Source: Adineta vaga
Taxonomy: Eukaryota > Animalia > Rotifera
Direction: 5' to 3'
Assembly (NCBI GenBank): GCA_021613535.1
Contig: CP075497.1
Span: forward strand, 4,278,001-4,342,000
Length of the DNA: 64,000 nt
Shown here: positions 11,699-24,900 of the stretch, piece by piece
Position numbering within the stretch: position 1 is the stretch's first letter
Layout: each line of letters begins with the position of its first letter
Made by a program: the position numbers and the translations under genes
Notes under the pieces: generated by a model
Databases searched by the model: none
Told to the model about the DNA's origin: nothing
The model's input: the letters and a program-made list of their open reading frames with translations, nothing else

Positions 11699-14600
11699 AT
11701 GGCTGATCCGGATTCGCCGACAAATCATTTATCTTCAGTCAATGATGAACCGCAAACATCATCAGATCAACAACAAATTCAGGAGCACGAACAACAGCAA
11801 GAGTCAGCAGGAAATAATGATTGGCCATGGTAATTAATCCAATTGTCAACAATGAAATTATTTTATTTTTCAATTTTCTAGGCCAACTGATGATCAACAG
11901 CAACAAAATGCAATCGATTCAAGTGGTTTGATGCATTTAATTGCAACTGGTGGAGGTACGAATGTCACCGATAATTAAACGACGAATCAGTTGTAAATAT
12001 TCCCACAAATAATGAACATACTGATGAAATATCAGAGCAATTACCTGAAGAAAACATAATATCAGATCATCAAGAACATGAAAACGAACATCAGCAAGAA
12101 CATGAACTCGAGCAAGACAATGAACTTGAACAGGATCATGAGCTCGAACAAGATCACGAACTCGGACAAGATCATGAGCTCGAACAAGATCATGGACTCG
12201 GACAGGATCATGGACTTGAACATGAATTACAACCTGAAAACGAACTTGATCATGAACCAGAACAAGATGAACAACAACAACAAGAACAACAGCAATTACC
12301 TCTTGTTCAATCCTCAACAACATCGCTTCCAATGGAAACAGATCAACCATCTCTATCAACTGATGATCCACAGCAGCAACAGCAACAACAACAACCAGCA
12401 ACTAAGTCTACACATGACATCGCAGAAATTCATCGTGAAATGTTAAATCTTATTCCGATTCCACAAGCATGGTCACATATTCGACATCAATCAGGTCTTT
12501 TTTCTTATCCTGATTTACCACATTTTAATGTCATACGACAAGCAACATTTCGTGATGGTCGTTTTGTTTGTCCATTTTGTACAGTTGATTTTGCATCCAA
12601 AGAAGGCATTCGTTATCATTTATATAATTCATGCACAAAATCTCCATATCCAAAAGCTTTCTTCCGTTGTTTAATGTGTGGAAGTGAATTAGCTGATCGA
12701 AGTTCTTTGCGAACTCATTTAGCTCGACATGTAAATATAATATTTTTTCTATTGAATATTGAAAAGCAATATTTTCATTTTTTTTCGATCCTAGGGTGCT
12801 GAAGATGGTGGAACTGTTTCTACCGATAAAATTGATGTATCACGTAAACCAGCTATTTCTACGCCAGGTGGAACATCAAGCTCAAAAAAGAAAAAGAAAA
12901 AGAAAAATTCCACTGATTTAACTCCTCCACAAATGATTAATCCAATGCTTGCAATGACATCAGGTGTATCTCCTCGTGGAATTGATACTTACAATATTCC
13001 ACCAACCATGATCAATCAATCAATGGCATTACCAATTATTAAATCTGATTTGAATGATTCCGATCCAAAAGTAAAAATGTTTATATTTTAATAAATAATT
13101 GCTTTATATTTCAAATTTTAGCGTAAACGTGGCCGTCCACCAAAAACCAAATCTGATGGACCAACACCAGTAGCTCCATACACAAAACATTCACATATGA
13201 ATCCTACTGGATTAACATTAACTCCAACAATAAATAATCAAGTTATTCTGAATGATCAACATATGAAAGTATGTATTGATTGAAAACTATAGAATAATAG
13301 AATTGTACTTTATGTAATGATAATTCTTGTAGGAATCGTCATTGAGTTAAATAATGAAAAGAGATTTCGATTTATTTTAATTATGACTCAAATTCTTCTT
13401 TTTAGAATGATCCAAATAAAACTGTTGCAATGCGTTCTCCACGTGGTATTGATATTAGCAGTGAACTAGCAGAATTAGCACGATCTCGAATGCGAGAAGT
13501 ATAATTAATTGAAAGAAATCTCATAGAATTCTTTTGTATAACTATTTTTTGTTCTAGCATATTGAATTTGCAACTGATTCTTTATTACCTGAACAAGAAC
13601 AGGAAATTAATACTCGTCTGCGCTCAGATGGTTTTGTACAATGTCATCGTTGTCGAGGCAAAACACAATTTACAGCATTGAAAAAATTAAAAGAACATCT
13701 TAAGACCGATTGTCCATTAGGTCCAGGTAAATAAAAAGAAGTTTTCTTGCTTGACGATATGGAGTAAGAATTGTTTTCGTTAAGTTATGGCAATATGTAA
13801 ATTTTGTGGCATACCATTTTCATCTGTAAGCAGTGTTTGTGATCATCTTGAACTTTATCATGATGATTCACATGATTCAAGTCCAGGTAAAATGAAATAT
13901 TTGCTAAGTGTTAAATGGAAGCAATGCATTATTAATGTTTATTCTTAGACGATCCTTGCCGTATCAATGATCGAGCATTTCGTGCTGCATTTGCACGATA
14001 TAAATTTCCAATTAGTGGACGTATTTCATTTTCTGCAGCAACAACAACCATTGGACAACTTATACCTGAAAATGAATCAGCTGCTTGTCTAAGTAATGGT
14101 GCCAGTTGTTTACGTGTTCGAGTAAATATATTATCCTAAATTGCTCTTCTCCAAGAACTTACTATATATCTGCATCCTATTTAGATGCTTTCATGTGATC
14201 GTTTTTTGAATCCATTGGATAGTTTCGCTGCTTCACATGTTATTGTTCTTAATGTTGGCCGACCTATACGATGTGTGGAATGGTTACCACGCGCTGTCGA
14301 TGCTGTCGGAAGTCAGTATGTTGCCTTGGCACTTGAACAATGGTCATACGATAATGCATCTCAATTGCACGGAAATTATAATTCTACAAATCCGGATCGT
14401 CGTTCACCACCAGGTTCAACATTACTATTGATTCTTAATTGTGGACGTCTAAGACAAAGTTTACATGTACCTAATTTACACGTGACTGTAGCAGCAGATT
14501 TTGGTCAAGTAACCTGTTTGAAATGGTTACCTGAACGACCAACAATTAATGATCCATATTTGAGTTATTTAGCAATCGGTACAAGTCAAGGCATTGTTAT

Positions 14601-16071
14601 TATACTTGGTGTACCACATGGTGCATCAAGAAATCTTTGTACTATAAGTAGTGGAGCTCAACTTGTTCCACCATTGAATCGACGTAAAGATGGTAGTATC
14701 GGTTGTGCAGAATATGGTTCATGTACAGCATTAGATTGGTGTTATGATAATCCAAATAAGTTATGTGCAGGTTATGAAAATGGAATTGTACTTATGTGGG
14801 AAGTTAATTCAAAATCACTTGTTGAACAAGTAAGACTATGAAGAGAGATAATTTAATCTAATTAGTATATCTTTAGACAACCAATTGTTCATTGATATAT
14901 CCAGTTAGAAGATTTTTTGTCGAAGATGCACCAATACAAGATGTGAAATTTTTAAGAAATTCCGAACATTTAATTGCTGTTAGTATAAAAAATAAACAAT
15001 CTTGGACGTATGTAACAAATTGATAGATTGAACGAATGAATCTATTGTGTTAAGTTTTTATTAGAGTATGGACGACACGAGATGAGAATATTTTTTGTTA
15101 TCGTCATTGGTCAAATGCAAGTGAATTTGCTACATCAACATTTAATGATACATTATATTCTGGTTGTGCACATGCAAAGTAAGATACACATGAAAATGTT
15201 TTAAAAAAGAATTTCATTTGTTTGTAAATTTATTAGTAATCAAAATGAATTACTTTCTGTTCCGACACATTCGATATTATTACCTGGACAAAATGTTTCG
15301 AATCATTTACAAGCATCAATGTTATCAGCGTGGCAAATTGTTAGTTTAGATTATTCAGAATGGATTGACTCAGTTGCTTATGCTGATCTTGATGGTAGAT
15401 ATCAGAATAAAAAGAATATGAATATAATCGAGCTCGAATATTTTTAGGTACTGTATGGGTAGCACGTGGAGATTCATCAACATGGGCACAAAACAATCCC
15501 AAATTTCGACCGAGTGCTGTAAGATATAAATATTGATTAGCAATTGTTGAATGAAATGCACGTCAAACTTCTGATTATTTTTATTTTAGTGTGTAGCAAA
15601 ATTATCAACTTATCTAACGAATACAGGTGGAGCAACATCAGGTAATCTTACTGATCCTGTTGGTATGCAATATAATCCAGGCCAATCAGCATGTGGTATT
15701 CCAACTGGTCAATATTGTGTACAAATATCTATTGAACGAACGGTAAATTTCATTGATATATTAAAGAAACATAATCTACTCGATATTAAATATTAGGAAT
15801 ATGGAAGTGGAAATGTTGATCCACAACATGATGAAACACATAAAGTACATGCTTATCGAAAGGTAATAATTTGATAAAGAAGAAAACAATTAGCATAAAA
15901 TCTATAATTTCTTTTTTTTTAAAGATTCGATTTAATCCTAATCCAGGTACACATGGTTGGATTGCATCAGCTGACAAAGTTGGTTTATTTCTTTTATTTC
16001 GATTATCTACATCCGATTCTCCGCTTTCGGAAAAATTAACTCAACGTCTTCAACGTGTGCAAGTTTTGTGA
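11699..16071 (+). CDS. GTF3C2: TFIIIC110/GTF3C2-type WD40 protein with N-terminal acidic repeats, four zinc fingers and an AT-hook
   Basis: WD40 region LNVGRPIRCVEWLP..SQYVAL, GQVTCLKWLP, LCAGYENGIVLMW and C-terminal KIRFNPNPGTHGWIASA resemble GTF3C2. AT-hook KRKRGRPPK at about 13121-13145. Zinc fingers CPFC..H..C, CLMC..H..H, CHRC..H..C, CKFC..H..H. Confidence 0.8.
12101..12220 (+). repeat. Coding 18-bp tandem repeat (about 6.7 copies, consensus catgarctcgaacaagat = HELEQD)
   Basis: Consecutive units: catgaactcgagcaagac / aatgaacttgaacaggat / catgagctcgaacaagat / cacgaactcggacaagat / catgagctcgaacaagat / catggactcggacaggat / catggacttgaa. Confidence 0.9.
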
Positions 16072-16849
16072 TGGAAAGAAATTTAGTTAGCAAATTATAT
16101 TCTTCCTTCTGTTGACAAGAAATAAAAATATAATCTAGAATGCATCAAAACATATATATGTATATATATATACACAGATTTCAAATTAGTTGATTTTTAT
16201 TAACTATTTGAACTGTTTGTTTGTTTGTTTGTTTCTCCTTTTTTTTCGACAAGACAAAAGAACTTAATAGACTATTTTGTATATGTAATCCATTGTTTTC
16301 TTGTTCCTTCTCATTCGTACGTACATATTGTATTCTCATTTTTCTCGGTGTTGTGGTTGTTTTCTTCTTCTTCTTCTTTTTTTTGACGTCGGATGCAGTG
16401 ATTTTCTTTTTCGTTTTTTTTTTCTTTTTTCTTGTATGATTATTCAAGATTCTCCTAGATATATTTCAATGTATATAAACTTCTACATTAACCGTGCGTG
16501 TTATTGATTTTGTTTTTCTTATTTTGTCAAGTATTACCATCAGACAAAGAAAAACACTAAAACTTGTTTGATCTCTTTCTTCTTTGTACGTACACATGTT
16601 CAATGTTTTTTATGGAAACAGTTTTTAGTAGATTCTCTAAACGAAAAAACTGATTGAATGTTGTTGTTACGTGTGTTTGTGTGTTTGTGTGTGTGTGAGT
16701 GTGTCTATCGTTTCTGTAACTTTTTTTGTGTAATTTTTTTTCTCTCGTGCTTGCATTGTTGTTTATCGACAAGATGAAAAAAAAAGAGAAGAATATTAAG
16801 AAAAAGAAATCCTCTAAACAAGAGACTTTTAAGACTTTTTTCTTTCAGT

Positions 16850-19800
16850 ATGGAACTTGAAGAGTTACGTCAAGTAACACGTTCATTTGTTCTGTGAGTT
16901 GGATTCTTTGTTATTTGATAATTTTATCAATGATGAATTTATCTAGATCACATCAGACATTATGTATAACAGGTGTCAGCTTCGACAAACGTTGTTTAGT
17001 AGTGAGTGTGACTATTTTTCATTGTAACATCTCGAATATATCTAATCTATATTCTTTGCCCATATGTATAATCTAGGGCTATACGGAATTGACTTTACAT
17101 CCACTTGTGAAAAATTTTAATGTGATCAAATTAAATGCACGACAATTGAGTAAGTGAGATGAAACTAAAGATTTAAATGATCAAATAAATCCTATCTAGC
17201 AATTTATGCTGTAACAATTAATGGAGAACGGAATGTGGAATTTTCATATGACGATCCAAATATGCAGATTTTCTTAGATGATGATCCAAGGTGAGATGCA
17301 AAAAGAGAAAAAAATTGGTTTAATCAGAAAAAGTACTTTTGATCTAGACGAGATGTTGCATCTTTCTTAAAACGTCAACAACGTTTTTCGGAATATGTGG
17401 ATCCTGATGAAGGTAATGGTGAATTAACCATATTTATTCCTCCATTTCTTCAACAACAATGTCAACAAGCTGTTGATTCTTCAACAACAACAACAACAAC
17501 AGCAGCTGATGAACACAATACCAATGATTTTGTTTATAAAGTAACAATTGACTTCTCATTAGAACAACCAGAAAGTGGCATTCATTTTTTTATACCTAAT
17601 GATGATGCCAAATTATCCCGAGTAAGTGAACAGAGCAAATAATATTGTCAGCATACAATCGAAATAGTTTATTTAGTTAAGTCGTCATTTATTTACAACG
17701 GGTCACGATGCTCGTCTTTGGTTTCCATGTGTTGATAGTTATTGTGAGCCATCGACATGGACAATTGAAATAACTGTTGAAGAATCATTGACAGTCGTTG
17801 CGTCAGGTGAACTTGTTGATTGTACGACAAATAATGAATTCAAAACCTATCGATTTTATTTATCAACACCTGCACCAGCACCATTTATTGGACTTGCTAT
17901 TGGGTATTTATTTTGACATTTTATTTCTATGAAAAATCACATTTTACTTTCTTTAATATAAAAGATCATTCGAATCAGTGGTAGATTCTAATACACAAGA
18001 AATAACAAATTATTGCCTTCCTGGTTTATTAACTCTACTAACAAATACAACAAGTTTTGTTCATGAAGTAATCCTAGAACCATTTTTGTTTCCCAAAGAA
18101 TTGATTTTATTTAATACTTTTAGCCACTTGAATATTTCGAAGAATTATTAAATGCTAGTTGTCAATATCCAAATTACAAACAAGTTTTTGTTACAGAGCC
18201 ACATGCAGAATGTACACCATTTGCATCCATGGCTATATTCAAGTAAATAAATTGAGTAATGATTTTTCAAAGAAATCCCTTTGAAATAATATTTTAGTGT
18301 GAATTTATTGTACCCATCAACAGTTATTGAAGCAACGTGGCATGCAAGAACACAAATGGCATTTGCATTAGCAAATCAATTTTTTGGTTGTTTTATAACT
18401 ATGCGTTCTTGGTTTGTTATTCGATCATCTTTGAAATGAAAATGATTGTTTGTTTCTTTTTTCTGCTAGGAGAGATTGGTGGTTATTAAAAGGTTTAGCA
18501 TTGTATTTAACTAGTTTATATACAAGACGAGCCTTTGGAAATAATGAATATCGTTATAATCTGAATAAAGTGAATATGAATAGAAAATATTAGTTTTGTG
18601 TAAATGGTGCCGTTTCTTTTTAAGGATATGGTCGATGTTATTCGTTATGAACGTGAAGAAAATCCTATTCGACTTGATTTTGCACCGAATAAATCGGAAT
18701 CTGATCTATCAAATATAAATAATCGCCGAGGAACAATGATGTCATCGCATTATCTTGAAGTAAAAATACCGAAACAGTGATTCGTTAAATATAGAATTTA
18801 TATTTTAGGTTGCAGCAAAAAAAGCTTATCTTGTCGTTCGAATAATTGATGATTTTATTGGTCGAGAGATTATGATGCAGGTAATTAATTGCTTTCATTT
18901 CGAAGACAGCAATATGTCATTGACATTTTTCTTTTATCTAGATTCTTAATAAATTGATGTGTTTAGCAAGAACAGCATGTTTAAAAGATGCTTCACTTAG
19001 TTCGCGTTCACGTTTACATATATCAAGTAAATCCTTTTCACGTGTCGTTAGCACATTAACAACTAAAGATATTCAAGCATTATTAAATCAATGGGTGTAT
19101 GTTTCGATTATAATGTTTATATTGATGATGTTCTTTTTCTTATGTTGATTTCAAGATATGAATCAGGATGTCCAAAATTGATCGGAAGTTTTACATTCAG
19201 TCGTAAACGAAATGTTGTAGAATTAGAAATAAAACAAGATACAACTGTTAAAGGTTCAAAAAAGTTTTTGGTAAGAAATCAAATTCAATATTGAAGAATA
19301 ATGATTGAATATGAACGTTTTTCTCTCTCTAAGGGTTCATTGGTGATTCGTGTACAAGAACTAGAAGGTTCATTTAGTCAAACAATTTTGTTAGAGGATA
19401 GTGTAACAAAATATGAATTAACATGTCATTCAAAAGTTCGCCGGTAAAGATATAAAGAGTAAAATATTCAAATCATTCGATGTTCTTTGCTTGTTTTTAG
19501 AAATAAGAAAAAGAAAATTCCATTATTATCCGGTGATGAAGTTGATATGGATCTCAATCAGATGGAGTAAGAAAATTTTGTGTAAAACAAAAATGAATCG
19601 ATCTTATGAGATTTTTTATAGCGTGGAATGTCCAATATTATGGATACGAATCGATCCGGATTTGAAAGTCATTCGAGAATTACAATTTGAACAAGCAGAT
19701 TTCAATTGGCAATATGAATTACGTTATGAACGTGATATTCTTTCACAATTCGAAGCATTAGAAGCATTAAAACGATTTCCAAGTCAAAATACACGAGAAA

Positions 19801-21443
19801 CACTTGGTACTGTTTTAGATCTCTCAACTTGTTTCTATCGTGTTCGAATAGAATGTGCACATGTTCTCACTGACGTATGTATTTGTTTTATAATATTTCT
19901 CTTTCATTTCTTTAAAAACAGATAAAGATTGAATTTTTGTTTTTTTATTTAGATTGCTAATTCAATGGCAAATACTTGGACAGGCACCTTAGCTACATTA
20001 AGTTTCTTTCGTCGTGTGTTTATGTCTACAAATTCGACATCATCATCAAATAGTGTGACTACATCTTCAACAAATTCTTCATCGTCAACAACACCTGGAA
20101 CTCAAATTGTACGTATTAATGATTTTTCCAATTCACAAATGTATATGATCCAAAAACATATTCCACAAGCCATTGCTTTACAACGAAATAAAGATCGTGT
20201 TTGTCCGCCTGAAGTCATTAATTTTCTCTTTGAATTAATTCATTACAATGAAAATTCGAAAAATCGCTTTTCCGATGCATTTTATCGTTCAGCATTAATT
20301 GATGCACTTGGAAATACTCTAACCAATGTTGGCTTAACAAGTACAACAACAAATGTCGATCTTCTATTAAGTCATACATTAGATAATAATACAAAACGAA
20401 TATTTGATGAAATCTTATTACAATTAAATTTCGATAAAATTATTCCGTCCTATGGATTTTGTGTGACATGTAGTTGTTTAAAAATTTTACATAAATTATA
20501 TGTCATTAGTGGTATACCTATTGAGCTCAATGTTTTTTATGAGTATGCTATGTATGGAATGTTTGATCGTGTACGATTAACTGCTTGTGAAATACTTGTT
20601 GAACAAATAGAAAGTAAGTTAATCGAGTGATTCTATAGATTTCACAGTTATTCTTTCATAAATAATAATAAATTTGAGACTTAGATATTAAAAACATTCT
20701 GAATAACATAAATTTATGTTCTACTTGAATTTTAATGATAAACTCGAAAAGACAAGTATTCATTGATGCACAAATTTAATAAAACAAATTGTTCTTTTAG
20801 CTCGAATGAATCCAGATGTTCTTGAATATATATTTACATTGATTGAAAATGATCCTGATTATAATCTAAGGTTTGTTATATCAATTCAATTTGCTTTCTT
20901 ATTCAAAAGCTTTGTTTTAGACATAAAATTCTTCAACATTTATGTCGTCATCCACCATTTCGACAGAATCAAACATGTTCTTTGAATAATTCAACTACAG
21001 TTTATCGATTATGGTCATTAATGATGTAAGTTTTATTATAAAACAAATGTACATAAGCAATTCCTTTTGTTCTTTTAGAAATTTTGCTTACGATAATCAA
21101 ATTCGAAATGATCTTGCAGAATTATATCAGATCATGTATGGCCTCAATCGACCAACTGTTTTACTTCCGTTACATGATGTAATTAGAATGATTTTAATTT
21201 GTAGATTATTTTCTCATTCTTGTTTGTTTTCTAGACAAATGAATTATCATTTAAAGATGAACTTGATGATGTATCTGATACAATTGTTGATATTGATCCG
21301 GTAGATGAAATTGCTTTTACACTATATGCTAAAACAAAATATACATGTTTCTTTTTTAGGAACGTTTAAGTCATTTCCGTCTTGCACGTTATACAGATGA
21401 TACAAGAGCTGCATCAAATAAATTCGCATCAACTAGTAAATGA
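16850..21443 (+). CDS. TAF2: TFIID subunit 2 (M1 aminopeptidase-like fold)
   Basis: SHQTLCITGVSF, ARLWFPCVDS, FSRKRNVVELEIKQD, ILWIRIDPD, WQYELRYERD, YNENSKNRFSDAFYRSALIDAL. About 20 short introns. Stop at 21441-21443. Confidence 0.93.
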
Positions 21444-21981
21444 ACAAAATCTCGTTAAAAACTATCATCATTTCTTTCTTTCTGCTCTTTTCTTCATGTC
21501 TGTAATATTAAAGTTAACCTTGATATCAATGTCTATATTAAAATAAAAGACTAAATGAATGAATTGATCTATTATGTGTTATTCAAGGTTTATGTTTTCA
21601 CTCATTTTTTCATTATATCAAAAGAAAAATCGAACTTTTTTTTAAACATAACGCACACACTCACACACACACACATAAATAAATATTTTCATAGCAGTAG
21701 TAACATCTCAGAAAGAATTTCTTTGTGTTTTATACAACCTGAATGAGAAAGAAGAAAATGGGCACACACATAAAAACTGTTATTGAAATAAAAAAAAGAG
21801 AAAAAAAAGGAAGAGATCAAGTATTATAGGTAGATGTACAGGAAAAGAAAAATGAACGTCTACTACTGTTATTTTTTTTGTATACAAAAAAAAAACGTCA
21901 CACAGTATCACAGATGAAACTGGGACAATGTTAAAAGAGAGAAGGAAAAGTGAAAGCAGAAAAGAAAGATGGTTATTATTG

Positions 21982-24900
21982 TTATTCATGCACCTTTAAT
22001 GGTATAAAATTATTATTATCATCTAATAATCGACTCTTACGAAGATTATTTGTTGTTGCTGTTGTTGATGGTGGTGATGGTGAATCATAGGATGTTAATA
22101 ATGATCGAGGATGATTATGGTTAGTAGTATTAGAAGCAGTATTAATACTCTCATCAAGATTAGAAGTTGAATTAGTTGTTGAATTATGTCCTAGTCGTGC
22201 TGTATTTATGGACGAAGTATTCGTATTAGTTGCATAAGAATCTTTATGTGGACTTCTTTGGCGAACGGGTGGTGGAGCAAATTTAATAGCTGATGTTGTG
22301 AATACAGACGGAGCAGCAGATGTTGTTGAATTAACAAGACTTGGAACAACGTTTAAATCTGTTGTTGATACGGGTGCAGCTGGTGGTGTATACTTATAAA
22401 TAGGTTTACGTTTTAGATCACGTAATGTTGTATCGAAATCGTATGAAACAAGATAACGTGAAGGAGTTACTGGTGATGTTGTTCTTTTTGTTGTTTCAGG
22501 TGATTTCACTAATGTATATCGTTGAGTTGCTTGTGGAGAACTATATCGATCATTATTACCGTATGTTGATGTTGGTTTTGATGTTGTTGTGGCTGTGGCT
22601 GTAGGAGATACAGTTCGTCGTGAACGACGAGGATACGCTTGAGATGATACTGTCGGTGGTGGTGGTGGCATCGATGTTGATGGCTTTTCACTTGTTGAGG
22701 CAAAATGATAATCGATAGGACTATTTGAATGATTGTCATCCAAGGACAAACTTAATGGTCGTCGATATGGAGACTGTGTCGATGTTGATGAAGAATTAGG
22801 TTTCGCATTATTTGATGAATAATAACGTGTAGATTCAGGTATCGCTGAAGCTCGATTTCGTCGTTGTTGATCTTTAGTAACGGATGAATGATTATTATTA
22901 CTCTGATTATTACGTAATTTTGCAGTATCAAAAAAGGAACTTGTATGTAATTCAAGTTCAACAAGAGAATTCGTTGGTGACATTGATCGATCATGTTTTT
23001 TTGTTGGTGTCGGTGACCGAAGATGAACTTTTTCATAATCATTCGATGTGGATTGATAATGATCGGAAGGAATGGGTACAGTGGATGATGGTATAGGTTT
23101 TGTTATTGAACTAAGTCGAATAGCAAGTATAGGTCCATGAGCTAACCAATCATGACGAAGAATATCTTTCGTTGTAGCACGATTACTAGCATTTGGTGTT
23201 AGACAATACCGTATAAGTGAAAGAGCACCTAGAAGAAAATTAACAAATAGAAAAAGAAGTTTAATTATAAATGAAATAATATCATTGAATCTTTTAGTTC
23301 CATCACCGAATATCTACTTATATGCACATGCTTGAGCGTGAGAATGAGATTAGTCTTAGGTCTTGAAAAAGAAAGTTTGATAGATAGAAGAAAACAAAAA
23401 TAAATGAAAACAAACAGAGAAAGAAATCAAGAAAATTCTTTTTTTTAGTAAGCCATTGTACGGGGATGATGATGATGATGATGATGATTTTTCGTTGTCA
23501 TGGCATTCGTTTTATGTTTATCTGTTGATGTTCGTCGACTGGAATGTTTTGTTCTTAATATTGGTTCTGTTTTATTATTATTATTTGTTATTGTATGTTC
23601 ATTGGAACGATTAGAATAAATCATTTGAGAATATCCATTTGTCGTCGCTTTAGATGTCAAATCCATATCTGCTAAACGTCCATTTTGTATTATAGACGGC
23701 AATGCAATGACCGAAGGACGAGAAGAAGTAGAAGTAGGTGGAGGAATCGTCGAAGGATGGAAATATGAAGGAGCTAGTGTTGATACAGGTTTGGATTCGA
23801 TTTCTAGTAATTGTTCTGTTGGTTTTGTATTTCGATTATGTGTCCATGCTGATGAATGTTCTACTTTGAGATTTTCATTTGGTTGTGCTGTTGAATTACG
23901 ATGATGATAAACAGGTGGATATTTGTAACCCAAATTAACCCACCAATGTACAGCAATATCGTCAACAGTCAAACGTTTCGATGGTAATACCGTCAAACAG
24001 CTACGTATCAATCCGAGAGCGCCTAGAGATTTTTTCGAGTGTGTTTTTAGAGAAAAAAAGAAAGGAATTGTATCTGAGGAAAAAGATCATCTTGGAAATT
24101 TAATTATATACATTTTATACTATCGATAATACTATTCTTTTCTATTTCTTAGAATAATTTCGATTACCTGATTGTTCACGAGGTTGAATAAAATCTCCTG
24201 CTGTTATATTTCGTACTAGCCGATTATAATCACCACCTTGAAATGGCATTGATCCATAGACAAGCGTATAGAGTAACACGCCCAATGACCAACAATCAAC
24301 CTATGTAGAGAAAAAAACATTTATATATTCATTGATTGTATTGATAAGAAAAATGCCATAAAAACTGATTAAATACGTACTTCAGGCCCGTAATAAGGAA
24401 TACCGGAGACGATTTCAGGTGATGCATACAATGGAGAACCACAGAAAGTATGTCTAAAGAAAAAATGGAATGTCATATGCATCTAAATATTTAAATAAAA
24501 AATGCTTTACAATAATCGTCGTGGTGACCAACTGTTACTCAAACCGAAATCTGCTAACTAGAAAAAAAATGATACTCATTTGATTAAATAATAACGAAGA
24601 AAATAATATTCGATTTACTTTAATATCACCCTTATGATCAATTAAAATATTTTCTAATTTGAGATCTCTATGAACAATTTGATTCTAAAAAATGAATGAT
24701 TTTTATTTTATATTTAAAAACGAACTTATTCTTTCGAGATATTGATATTACTTTATGAAGAAAATGAACAGCAGAAACAATTTGTCGAAATATTGCTCGT
24801 GCTTGAGATTCTGGTATACGTCTCATACGATTTAAATAATCATACAATTCACCACCACTCGCATATTCCATTACAAGAATTATTTTCTCTCGACTTTCAT

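Noticed and set aside
12101-12220. CRISPR-like array
   Set aside because: The units are contiguous with no unique spacers, and they lie inside a eukaryotic coding exon.
11937-12446. ORF-track ORFs 12078-12446(+) and 11937-12401(-) with repetitive peptides
   Set aside because: They are shadow frames of the 18-bp HELEQD repeat in the GTF3C2-like gene.
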